Below, in pieces: positions 42,198 through 51,337 of a DNA stretch of 64,000 bases (the first letter of the stretch is position 1; the number at the start of each line of letters is the position of its first letter). Position numbers and translations under genes: made by a program. The stretch covers positions 1,725,762-1,789,761 of the forward strand of contig JAXGYO010000002.1 in assembly GCA_040772225.1 (NCBI GenBank), written 5' to 3'. The notes under the pieces are model-generated. The model saw only the letters and a program-made list of their open reading frames with translations. It made no database searches and was not told the origin of the DNA. Source of the DNA: Anaerolineae bacterium (GTDB taxonomy: Bacteria; Chloroflexota; Anaerolineae; UBA1429).

Positions 42198-43577
42198 CTA
42201 GCGCCCGGCAAGCCTCTCAACATAGTCCTGCCCCAGAATGACGGCCACATCAACCGCCTCGGTGACATCATCCTGGTAGATCACCGCTTCAGGATCCACC
42301 CCCAACTCCAGGGCAAGGGCAGCCACCGTCAGGGGCCTGTCACGATAAACAACGATAAGCGTCTGGGTGTGGTCAAAGCGGTCGGCGCTGCTATAGCCAG
42401 CGACGACATAGCCCTTGTCCTGCAGGAGCGCCGCGGTTTGCTGCGCCAGGTCGGTCGTCATCGTCCCATTGTATATTGCGACCGACGCCTGCTCGGCGCG
42501 GAACGCATCCGCAGGGACTGGCTCCTCCGCAGGCGGGGTCAGGGACGTCGTCGGGAACAACTCATCAACCAGAATCCGCACCTTGTCCCAATCCGCCACT
42601 TCCACCATCCAGCCCTGTGGCGTGGTGACGGTCGTCGTCATGGAGCCGTCAATAACGCCGCTGCGCAGATTGGCGGGATCGATCTTGCGCGCCGCATCCG
42701 CCAGCGTAACGATCTGCGGGAGCGTGAGATCTGTTTGGACCGACGACCCCAGGAGTTGCAGAATAATGGGGATGCGGGTCAGCGGAATATCCAGACTGAG
42801 GATCTTGTCAAAGGCCGCACGTATCACCTGCTGCTGGCGCTCCATGCGAGAAAAGTCACTGGACCCATGGCGTGTGCGGGCATACTGCAGCGCCATCTCG
42901 CCATCCATATGCTGCAGCCCTGCGGGGATATAGAGCTCCATGGTGCCATAGTCCGCCGTGGGATATTTGGCATCGTAGATATCCTCGGCCACCTCGATAT
43001 CCAGCCCCCCGATGGCATCCACCAGTTGCTCAAAGCCAGCAAAGTTGACGCGGATATAGTGGTGGACCGGCACGCCGAGCGCGTACCAAACGGTCTTTTT
43101 CGCTAGTGCGGGCCCGCCGCCCGGATAGTTCTGATCATCCCCGATGTAATGCGCCGTATTGATGCGGCTCTCACCGTAACCTGGTATGGTCGTCCAAAGG
43201 TCTCGGGGAATGGACAGCATCGACGCTGTGTTACTCACGGGATCCAGCGACAGCAGAATCATGGTGTCCGTTCGCCAGGGGCCAGTTTCGCCATCGCGCT
43301 GATCGATGCCCAGTGCCAGCACATTGATGCGCTCGTCGAGTTCGACAGCCTGAGGCAATACCACTTCGTCAGCCCTGGCCGGGGTGTTTTGATCTGGGAC
43401 AGGCTCTCCCACGGTCTGCGTCACTTGCACGACGCGATCTGCAAAGGGCAGATTCATCTGTGCCACCACCGAGCGCACCGTGCTAAAGAAAAAGAACCCC
43501 GACCACAACGCTCCGGCGGTGATGATCACCGTCAGAAAAGTGCTGATCGCGCGCTGCCACGAGCGTTCTCTGGGCAT
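42198..43577 (-). CDS. LCP-family (LytR-CpsA-Psr) cell-envelope phosphotransferase with LytR_C domain
   Basis: LCP blocks (RTDTMILLSLDP, SIPRDLWTTIPGYG, NFAGFEQLVDAIGG) and an N-terminal TM anchor. Start trimmed to MPRERSW after a GGAAGGA RBS. Confidence 0.85.
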   Translation of the reverse strand: MPRERSWQRAISTFLTVIITAGALWSGFFFFSTVRSVVAQMNLPFADRVVQVTQTVGEPVPDQNTPARADEVVLPQAVELDERINVLALGIDQRDGETGPWRTDTMILLSLDPVSNTASMLSIPRDLWTTIPGYGESRINTAHYIGDDQNYPGGGPALAKKTVWYALGVPVHHYIRVNFAGFEQLVDAIGGLDIEVAEDIYDAKYPTADYGTMELYIPAGLQHMDGEMALQYARTRHGSSDFSRMERQQQVIRAAFDKILSLDIPLTRIPIILQLLGSSVQTDLTLPQIVTLADAARKIDPANLRSGVIDGSMTTTVTTPQGWMVEVADWDKVRILVDELFPTTSLTPPAEEPVPADAFRAEQASVAIYNGTMTTDLAQQTAALLQDKGYVVAGYSSADRFDHTQTLIVVYRDRPLTVAALALELGVDPEAVIYQDDVTEAVDVAVILGQDYVERLAGR

Positions 43578-43937
43578 GAATCGTTCCTTCCGAGAGCTTC
43601 CTGAGGTGTAACGGGTCGAGTATATCACAGGCACGCCAGTCGACCAAAGGGCAGCGCAAATCTTGGGCCTATCGCTCCTTCGGCCGGCTGGCCAGGTTCG
43701 AAACAACGTGATTATGACGCCAGGCGTAACCGAATTGTTCCACCGCCCCGACGCTGCCCTGCGGGTGATCATCACACATGCGATACAGCCTCGGTGCTCG
43801 ACGCATAAGCAAAAGCTTGGTATCATAGCGAGACAGGATGCCTGCCCGACGGACGCCGGCCCGCGCGGCGCACGCCCGGCGTCTATGCAGAAGCTGTTTC
43901 GCGGCCACAATAGTGGCCTGGCACCAGAGCACAAGAG

Positions 43938-45515
43938 GTGATCATGATCAATCTGCTCAGCTGGAGCGATGTCCCGGCAATGTTCGGAAACCGGTTGTTT
44001 CTGGACTATGTCGGACAACAATCTCGTGCCCTCTCGTACTATACCCATGGACCCACCGATTATGCTGCTGCACTCGCAGCGCGGGAGGGACACGCCTATC
44101 CCCGTGCCGAGGTAGCCGATCTGCTCGAGCACTACAATCGCCCCCTGGGAGCCTCCGAGCAGACGCTGTCGAACATCTCTGCACTTGCGCAGCCAGACGT
44201 GTACTGCGTCGTCGGCGGTCAACAGGCCGGGCTGCTTGGCGGACCAGCCTATGTGGCGTACAAGATCGACTGCACTGTGCGGCTCGCGCGCCGCATCTCG
44301 GACATGCTCGGTGTGCGTGTCGTTCCGATATTCTGGCTCGCGAGCGAGGATCATGATTTCGGCGAGATCAACCACACCCACTATGTGCAGCGGGATGGGG
44401 AGATCGGTCGCGTCTCCTTTGACTGGCACGACAAGGGACGTCCGATCGCGGACCTGGCTTTGACAGAGCAGGTTCGCAAAGCGGTCGATGAGTACTGGAC
44501 CTCAGCACAGCCAGGACCGTTTGCAGAGGTTACTCGTGCGTTGACTGAGCCACGCAACTCCCGGTACTGCGACTGGTTGGCTGCTTTCTGGCTCAAACTG
44601 TTCGCTGACGACGGCTTGGTGGTCGTCGAACCGTCGACGCTCCGGCCTGTGGCGGGGTCCTTTTTCCAGAGAGCATTGCAGGAGCGCGAGACCATCGGCA
44701 ACCACCTGCAGGGCGTGGCCGATCGCCTGCAGCAGGACGGCTACACCCCGCTGCTGGATCCAGAGACTGCCGGAGTGCTGTACACCTTTGATGACAACGG
44801 GCGACGCGTTCGCGTTCACGAACCCGCCACGCGACTGGCGGAGGCCCTGACGCACCCCGAGCGCTTTTCGACCGATGCGGCGCTGCGCCCGCTGCTGGCA
44901 GACAGTACGCTGCCAGTCATCGCCAGCACGCTGGGGGCCGGCGAGTTGGCCTACCAGGGTATGTTGCGTCCGGTCTATGAGGAATTTGGCATCCCTCAGC
45001 CGATCTGCTTTCCCCGCCAGAGCTACACTTTTGTGTCTGCGACCGAGGAGGAGCGGCTGGCGGCCTACGGTCTGCGCCCGAGGGATGTCATGCGACATGA
45101 GATCGACATGGACAGTAGCATGCGAGGTTTGATGCCTCCCGGAGAACTGGACCGGTTCGCTGAGGCGCGTACGAACATTGAGCGGGCACTCGATCCATTG
45201 CGAGACTATGTTGAGCAGCTGGATCCCAACCTGGGCCGCTCATGGGAGCAGGCTCTGTCGACAGCGCTGCGCAACATCGACAAACTTGAGGACCGCGCCG
45301 TGAATGTGACCCTCAGCCGGGGTGGCTACTCCCGCCGCGAGCTGCAAACGCTGCGCAACATCATTCTGCCTCGCGGCCGGCTTCAAGAACGCGTTCTACC
45401 GGTGACACACTTTATGCAGCACTATGGGCCCTCGTTCCTGGGCAGACTGCGGGAGACTGGCGAACTTGAGCGCTTTGGACACGCCATCGTGACGCTGGAG
45501 GGTAAACATGCCTGA
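43938..45515 (+). CDS. bshC: Bacillithiol biosynthesis cysteine-adding enzyme
   Basis: BshC/YllA blocks VVGGQQAGLLGGPAY and IFWLASEDHDFGEINH. Confidence 0.8.
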   Translation: MIMINLLSWSDVPAMFGNRLFLDYVGQQSRALSYYTHGPTDYAAALAAREGHAYPRAEVADLLEHYNRPLGASEQTLSNISALAQPDVYCVVGGQQAGLLGGPAYVAYKIDCTVRLARRISDMLGVRVVPIFWLASEDHDFGEINHTHYVQRDGEIGRVSFDWHDKGRPIADLALTEQVRKAVDEYWTSAQPGPFAEVTRALTEPRNSRYCDWLAAFWLKLFADDGLVVVEPSTLRPVAGSFFQRALQERETIGNHLQGVADRLQQDGYTPLLDPETAGVLYTFDDNGRRVRVHEPATRLAEALTHPERFSTDAALRPLLADSTLPVIASTLGAGELAYQGMLRPVYEEFGIPQPICFPRQSYTFVSATEEERLAAYGLRPRDVMRHEIDMDSSMRGLMPPGELDRFAEARTNIERALDPLRDYVEQLDPNLGRSWEQALSTALRNIDKLEDRAVNVTLSRGGYSRRELQTLRNIILPRGRLQERVLPVTHFMQHYGPSFLGRLRETGELERFGHAIVTLEGKHA

Positions 45516-46224
45516 GGTGGACGTCATGGCCTTTGGGGCGCATCCGGACGATATCGAGATCGGTTGCGGCGGTACGCTGATCAAGCTGAGTGAGCGAGGG
45601 CGCTCCATCGCCCTGGTCGACATGGTGCGCGGGGAGATGGCCACCCGCGGCACTATCGAGACTCGCAAGGCCGAGTCCAAAGCAGCCACCGCCATCCTGG
45701 GCGCTGTGGCGCGCGAAAACCTCGAACTCGAGGATGGAAACGTCCATTCCAGTCCGGAGGCGCGCTATCGTGTCGCCAAGGTGGTGCGGCGATACCGCCC
45801 CTCGCTGGTCATGCTCCCCTACTATGAGGACCGGCACCCGGATCACTATAACGCCAGCCAGCTGGCCTACGAGGGGATCTTTGCCGCTGGCCTGGTGCGC
45901 CTGAACACCGGACAGGAGCCCTTCCGCCCGGCACGGATCATGTACTATATGGGCTGGTACGAGTTCGAGCCGACCTTTATCGTGGACATCAGCGAGCAGT
46001 ATGAGCGCAAGATGCAGGCGATCTATGCCTATACCACACAGTTTCGGCCCGATGACAACTTTTACCAGCAGACGCGTCTGACCTCCAGCGAGTACAACTG
46101 GCACCTGCAGAGCCGTATGGCGCATCTGGGCGCACAGATCGGCTCCAGGTATGGAGAGGGGTTTCTCATCCGCGGCCGCATGGCCGTCGACGATCCTCTT
46201 GACGTCTCATTCTCGACATTCTAG
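45508..46224 (+). CDS. bshB: N-acetyl-alpha-D-glucosaminyl L-malate deacetylase (LmbE/PIG-L family)
   Basis: VMAFGAHPDDIEIGCGGT zinc-binding LmbE motif. Overlaps the bshC end. Confidence 0.8.
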   Translation: MPEVDVMAFGAHPDDIEIGCGGTLIKLSERGRSIALVDMVRGEMATRGTIETRKAESKAATAILGAVARENLELEDGNVHSSPEARYRVAKVVRRYRPSLVMLPYYEDRHPDHYNASQLAYEGIFAAGLVRLNTGQEPFRPARIMYYMGWYEFEPTFIVDISEQYERKMQAIYAYTTQFRPDDNFYQQTRLTSSEYNWHLQSRMAHLGAQIGSRYGEGFLIRGRMAVDDPLDVSFSTF

Positions 46225-46260
46225 CGGGGCAGGCGCCTATTCCCCCTACGGAGAAATGCG

Positions 46261-47379
46261 ATGCGAATCGGGATCACCTGTTTTCCAACCCATGGCGGCA
46301 GCGGCGTTGTGGCGACCGAGCTGGGCAAGATACTCGCCAGGCGGGGCCATGAGATCGCCTTTATCTCTTATGCAGCACCCCTGCGCCTGGCTGATATCCC
46401 GGAGCGCGTGAGCTTTCATGAGGTCGATGCGATGCAGTATCCCTTGCTGCAGACCTATCCGAACGACCTCGCTCTGGCCTCGAAAATCGTATCGGTCGCT
46501 CGCATGAAGCGTCTGCAGGTGCTGCACGTGCACTATGCGATCCCCTTTGCCCCCGCTGCGCTCATGGCGAAATACGCCGCGCCCGAGCTGGACCTCAAGG
46601 TGGTGACTACCCTGCACGGTACCGACATCACGCTCGTCGGCAGCGACCCGACCTTTCGGCCGATCACCCGTTGGTCCATCCAGGAATCGGACGCCGTCAC
46701 GGCGGTATCCGAGTGGTTGAGGACAAGGGCGATTGAAGAGTTCGCTATCGACCGCCCAATCGATGTCGTGCACAACTTTGTCGATCCTGAGCGCCATGCG
46801 AGACCCTGCCCCGGTTGTATCCCGCCCCTGACGTGCGCCGGCGAGGTGACACTGCTGCACATCTCAAACTTTCGCCCGGTAAAGCGCGTCGAGGATGTGG
46901 TGCGCGTCTTTGCCCGTGTGCGCGCCAGGATGGAGGCACGGTTGCTGCTGGTGGGGGATGGACCCACGGCGGGCAGTGCCATGGAGGTTGCTACGGAACT
47001 GGGTGTCGCAGACCGCGTCCACTTTATCGGCGTAGTGGAACAGATCGAGCCTGTGCTCCAGCAGGCGAACCTGCTGCTACTCCCCAGTGAGACAGAGAGC
47101 TTTGGGCTTGTCGCGCTGGAAGCCATGGCCAGCGGTGTCCCGGTGATCGCCAGCCGCGTGGGCGGGCTGCCCGAGGTGGTTGCCCATGGTGAGACCGGCT
47201 ACCTGGCCCCCGTCGGTGACGTGGATGCGATGGCAGAATATGCCATCGGGCTGCTGCAGAATCCGATCGCATATCGGGAGTTCTCTCAAGCCGCTCACGA
47301 GCGTGCCGCCAGATTGTTTGACTATCATCTGCTTGTCGATCGCTACGAGGGCATCTACGACCGGGTCCTGGGAATATGA
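46261..47379 (+). CDS. bshA: N-acetyl-alpha-D-glucosaminyl L-malate synthase (GT4 glycosyltransferase)
   Basis: MRIGITCFPTHGGSGVVATELGKILARRGHEI matches the BshA/YpjH N-terminus. GT4 C-terminal E-x7-E region. Confidence 0.85.
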   Translation: MRIGITCFPTHGGSGVVATELGKILARRGHEIAFISYAAPLRLADIPERVSFHEVDAMQYPLLQTYPNDLALASKIVSVARMKRLQVLHVHYAIPFAPAALMAKYAAPELDLKVVTTLHGTDITLVGSDPTFRPITRWSIQESDAVTAVSEWLRTRAIEEFAIDRPIDVVHNFVDPERHARPCPGCIPPLTCAGEVTLLHISNFRPVKRVEDVVRVFARVRARMEARLLLVGDGPTAGSAMEVATELGVADRVHFIGVVEQIEPVLQQANLLLLPSETESFGLVALEAMASGVPVIASRVGGLPEVVAHGETGYLAPVGDVDAMAEYAIGLLQNPIAYREFSQAAHERAARLFDYHLLVDRYEGIYDRVLGI

Positions 47380-48179
47380 CGATATCGGACCTCGAGTCCC
47401 TCGTCCCCGAGCTGCCGGAGCTGCACCTGGCAGCGCCGGTTGAACGGGCCGGACTCGCTTCCTGGCCGGCCGCGTCAGAGCAATTCCTGGATGGCCTGCT
47501 CCTGAGGTTTTCCGAGGGGTATACGCGACGGGCCAACTGCGCCAGCGCCTACACCGCCGGGGCCATGGCTTTGGCGGACCGAATCGCCACCTGCGAAGCT
47601 TTTTTCGTTGCGCACGCTTTGCCCCCCGTGTTCCGCCTGATTAGCGCCTGGCCACAGCCGGCCCTGGATGCGGCCCTGGCCGAGCAAGGTTACGCCCTCG
47701 GCGACCGCACCCACGTGCTGACCGTGGGCCTGGCGGATAGCGCTGGACTGGGCGGATCCGCGCCATTCTGGCGGCAGGGTGATGCCAGCAGTTGGGTTGA
47801 GGCCTACAGCCAGGTAAGTGGCATGTCTCCCTGGCAGCACGATCCACTGCTGCGCATCCTGCGGGACATCAAGGGGGAGAGATTGCTATGTGGCCTGGGT
47901 TGTGTGGAACAGCCGTTGGCCTGCGGCCTTGGGGTCGTTGAGGGTGGCCTGCTCGGGCTGTTCGACATCGCCGTACGGCCAGATTGCCGGGGCCGGGGGT
48001 ATGGACGAACCCTGGTGACCGCGATGTTATCCCTTGGCAGAGCTTGTGGCGCGCGTGTGGCCTATCTGCAGGTCACAGAGGCGAATGTCGCTGCGAGGAG
48101 CCTGTACTACAGCCTGGGTTTCGCGGAGCTTTACCAGTACTGGTATCGTCAAAAGCCAACCCCGGCTCGCCAGGCCTGA
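47376..48179 (+). CDS. Two-domain GNAT-family N-acetyltransferase (MshD-like architecture)
   Basis: C-terminal acetyl-CoA binding motif (RGRGYGRTLVTAML...YLQVTEANVAARSLYYSLGF) with an N-terminal pseudo-GNAT half. ATGA overlap with the bshA stop. Confidence 0.65.
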   Translation: MTISDLESLVPELPELHLAAPVERAGLASWPAASEQFLDGLLLRFSEGYTRRANCASAYTAGAMALADRIATCEAFFVAHALPPVFRLISAWPQPALDAALAEQGYALGDRTHVLTVGLADSAGLGGSAPFWRQGDASSWVEAYSQVSGMSPWQHDPLLRILRDIKGERLLCGLGCVEQPLACGLGVVEGGLLGLFDIAVRPDCRGRGYGRTLVTAMLSLGRACGARVAYLQVTEANVAARSLYYSLGFAELYQYWYRQKPTPARQA

Positions 48180-48684
48180 CCGTCCGAGGGCACAGACTCC
48201 AACCAGCGTGCAACTCCACGGGCGGAGCGCAGGCGAATCACCCGTAGATGCGCATATTCGGGGAGCGCCAGGAGTCGCGGGTATTGCTGCCGGTGCCGGC
48301 GATGGCTCGAGAGCAGATACAGCACCAGACCATCTCTGCTGAAAATCGCGTCGCGGAAGGTCTCCCGATTGCTGTTCCAGAGCACCTCGCCCGACACGAC
48401 GCGCCAGAGCGCAACAGGCAAGGGCATGTCCAGCCAGATCAGGGTATCTGCGCTCTCCCAGATCAAATCCCGAGCCTGGCTATAGTTGCCATCGGTCACC
48501 CATCCCTCACCCAGCGCCAGACTGATTCTGTCACGCAGAACCTCGCGCGACACCGGCTGCCAGCCTGTCTCCCAGTAGAGGCTGTCCAGTTCCACATGAG
48601 GCACCCCCATGCGCTGCGCCAGGGCAACAGCCAGCGTAGTTTTCCCGCGCCCGTCGATCCAATGATGGCGACGCGTCGCATCAT
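48149..48684 (-). pseudogene. P-loop NTPase (FlaR/topology-modulation, adenylate-kinase-like) with homopolymer frameshift
   Basis: N-terminus MMRRVAIIGSTGAGK in one frame; TTLAVALAQRMGVPHVELD...WVTDGNY in the -1 frame. Junction in an A4 run (plus-strand TTTT at about 48634-48637). Confidence 0.55.
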
Positions 48685-48753
48685 CGCGCCACCTGTTGGG
48701 TTGGGAGCCATGAATACTCCTGAGTGGGGATGGTCGCCGTCTGACCGGCGAGC

Positions 48754-49020
48754 CTACGAACGCGTCGTTCCGGCGAGGCGCTTCCCCTTGTCGGTCACGC
48801 GCCAGACCCGCCTGTTGCCCAGGATCGCACAGATTGCGGCCTGAGCGCAACCAGCACAGTGGCGATCGCATTCTCCGGTGACAGCGACGAGATAGCCGCC
48901 CCTCTCTAGATCCTGCAGCATCTGCTCGACAAGGTCAGCACTCACCGAGAGCCGTGACGCCACGTCCTGGACGGTGGACAGTTCACCACTGGCGAGGATC
49001 TCGAGAAGATTTTCCAGCAC
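48754..49020 (-). CDS. feoC: FeoC-like transcriptional regulator
   Basis: 88 aa winged-helix protein with a C-terminal Cys cluster (CDRHCAGCAQAAIC), directly after feoB. Confidence 0.6.
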   Translation of the reverse strand: MLENLLEILASGELSTVQDVASRLSVSADLVEQMLQDLERGGYLVAVTGECDRHCAGCAQAAICAILGNRRVWRVTDKGKRLAGTTRS

Positions 49021-49030
49021 AGCGCGTGCC

Positions 49031-51052
49031 CTACAGCCAGAGGCGGGCCAGCTGATAAACGACGATACCGCCAGCCAGAGCCAATAACCCCAAAAAGAGC
49101 ACGTTCACCAGCACCCACTTCCAGGATCCGGTTTCTTGACGGATGGCGGCCAGAGTGGCGACACAGGGGATAAACAGCATCTCTACTGCGAGAAAGGCCA
49201 GGCCGGAGGCCGGAGTGAACTCGGTACCCATGAGGGACCGCAGCCCGCCGCCTTGCTCGCCGACACCATACAGCACGCTCAGGGTGGCGACGGCATTCTC
49301 CTTGGCGACGAAACTGCTCAGAATCGCCACGATGGATCGCCAGCTCAGACCCATGAGATCGCCCACCGGCTCAAGCGCATGTCCGAGGACCGCCATGTAG
49401 CTGCTGTCGACATCGCCGCCGGGAAAAGTCACCAATGCCCAGACGATCACCGACACAGCCAGAATCACGGTTCCAGCCTTTTTCAGAAAAGACACCGTCC
49501 GCTGCCACACCGTCATGCCGATGGTGCGTCTGTTGGGGAGATGGTAGAGCGGCATCTCCATGATAAAGGCAGACTGGATGTTCTTGAGGAATACCTTCCG
49601 GATGATGATGCCTGAGAGCGCCAGAACCACCAGCGGCAGGGCGGTCATACCCACAGTCACCAGTACCGCTCGATCAGCAAAGAACGCCTGCGCCAGCACC
49701 GTCAGTACCGCAAGGCGTGCTGTGCAGGGGACCAGAGGCGCAAGCATAATCGTCAGGATGCGATCACGCCTGGATTCGAGAATGCGGGCGCCCATAATGG
49801 CCGGCACATTGCAGCCAAAGCCGAGGAATAGCGGCATAAAGCTCTTGCCATGCAGCCCGATGCTGTGCATAAAGCCATCCATCACATAGGCCGCGCGCGC
49901 CATATAGCCCACGTCTTCGAGAAAGCCCATGCCCGCGAAAAAGATCACCAGGATAGGAAGAAAGGTCAGCATCGTCCCGACGCCGCCGATGATTCCCTCG
50001 ACGGCCAAACCGCGAACCCACTCCGGCGCCTGCGCCAGCGCTTCGCCGGTCCAGCGGGCCAGCGGGCCCATCACGGCAGAGTCGACCCAGCCTTGCATGG
50101 GCCCACCGACGGCATAGGTCAGTCCGAAGATGGCTGCTAGAACGATGGCCAGGACCACAAGCCCCCAAAAGGGATGCGTGGCATAGGTATCGATGCGCTG
50201 AGTGATCGTGACATGTCCGGCCCTGGGCCTGGTCATGGCCGTGAGAGCCACCTGACTGATCCAGGCATAGCGTCCGCTGGCCACGGCAACGATCGCATCC
50301 TCGTGCGCTCGGAGCACATCCTGCATCTGCTCCCACGCCGGCGTTGGCAGCCAGTCCTTGGTCAAACCGGTGATCTGCTGATCGCCCTCCAGCAGCTTGA
50401 GTGCCACCCAATCCGCCGGGTAGGGCTCTGGAACAAAGTCACCAATAACCGCCAGCACGCGTTCCAGCACATCTTGATGATCGGCACGGATCTCCGGCCG
50501 GTTGACTTGCTGCGGCTCCTGTCGCTGAGCCACCTCTATGGCGGCATCCAGGAACTCGTGCACGCCGACGCCCCGTGCCGCCGTCATCGGCACAACAGGT
50601 ACGCCTATCGCCGCAGACAGCACCTCAGGGCGAATGGCATAGCCCTCCTGCTCGGCGACATCCATCATGTTCAGGCCGATCGCCAGCGGGCAGGAAAGCG
50701 CCAGTAGCTCTGTAACCAGGTAAAGGTTGCGTTCCAGCGAGGAGGCGTTGATGACGACCATCACCACGTCGGGGCGTTCTTTCAGGATATACTCGCGTGT
50801 GACCACCTCCTCCGGCGAGGCAGCGGTCAGGCTATAGGTGCCGGGGAGATCAATGATGTCCAGAACAAGACCATGGTGCTCGAGCGTACCCGAGCGCATC
50901 TCCACGGTCTTGCCGGGCCAGTTTCCCACATGCTGATTGAGACCCGTGAGCATATTGAACACGGTGCTCTTGCCAACATTGGGCTGCCCTGCCAGTGCGA
51001 TCGTCAGGCGGCGGGCGCCAGGCGTGCCAGTGAGCTGTGAACCGGTCGTCAC
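49031..51052 (-). CDS. feoB: Ferrous iron transporter B
   Basis: N-terminal GTPase (ALAGQPNVGKST) plus a polytopic membrane domain. Confidence 0.9.
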   Translation of the reverse strand: MTTGSQLTGTPGARRLTIALAGQPNVGKSTVFNMLTGLNQHVGNWPGKTVEMRSGTLEHHGLVLDIIDLPGTYSLTAASPEEVVTREYILKERPDVVMVVINASSLERNLYLVTELLALSCPLAIGLNMMDVAEQEGYAIRPEVLSAAIGVPVVPMTAARGVGVHEFLDAAIEVAQRQEPQQVNRPEIRADHQDVLERVLAVIGDFVPEPYPADWVALKLLEGDQQITGLTKDWLPTPAWEQMQDVLRAHEDAIVAVASGRYAWISQVALTAMTRPRAGHVTITQRIDTYATHPFWGLVVLAIVLAAIFGLTYAVGGPMQGWVDSAVMGPLARWTGEALAQAPEWVRGLAVEGIIGGVGTMLTFLPILVIFFAGMGFLEDVGYMARAAYVMDGFMHSIGLHGKSFMPLFLGFGCNVPAIMGARILESRRDRILTIMLAPLVPCTARLAVLTVLAQAFFADRAVLVTVGMTALPLVVLALSGIIIRKVFLKNIQSAFIMEMPLYHLPNRRTIGMTVWQRTVSFLKKAGTVILAVSVIVWALVTFPGGDVDSSYMAVLGHALEPVGDLMGLSWRSIVAILSSFVAKENAVATLSVLYGVGEQGGGLRSLMGTEFTPASGLAFLAVEMLFIPCVATLAAIRQETGSWKWVLVNVLFLGLLALAGGIVVYQLARLWL

Positions 51053-51055
51053 AGT

Positions 51056-51313
51056 CTATCGTCCCCTCTGGCGCACAAGCACATGCCTAGCCTGGCCGCG
51101 GCCCAGCGCGATACACGTGTCCAGCACATTGACGATAATCGGACCGCGGGGTGGATTTCGGAGGACACGAACCGTCACCCCCGGAGTGAATCCCAAAGCC
51201 GCCAATCGCCCGCTGAGTCCATGCCCCCCGAGCAGAGAAACGATGGAGGCCTCGTGGCCCTCTGGGACAGAATCAAGAGAAGTTGTCAGGTCGCTCAAAA
51301 GCGTACACCTCAT
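51056..51313 (-). CDS. feoA: Ferrous iron transport protein A
   Basis: 85-aa SH3-like FeoA domain (GRLAALGFTPGVTVRV). Confidence 0.8.
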   Translation of the reverse strand: MRCTLLSDLTTSLDSVPEGHEASIVSLLGGHGLSGRLAALGFTPGVTVRVLRNPPRGPIIVNVLDTCIALGRGQARHVLVRQRGR

Positions 51314-51337
51314 CTCTGATATTAGCAGATACTAACG

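Noticed and set aside
43578-43937. 360-bp divergent intergenic region between the LCP gene and bshC, including a 92-aa ORF
   Set aside because: The ORF is low-complexity and probably spurious. No structured RNA or repeat was recognised by eye, so it is most likely just divergent promoters.
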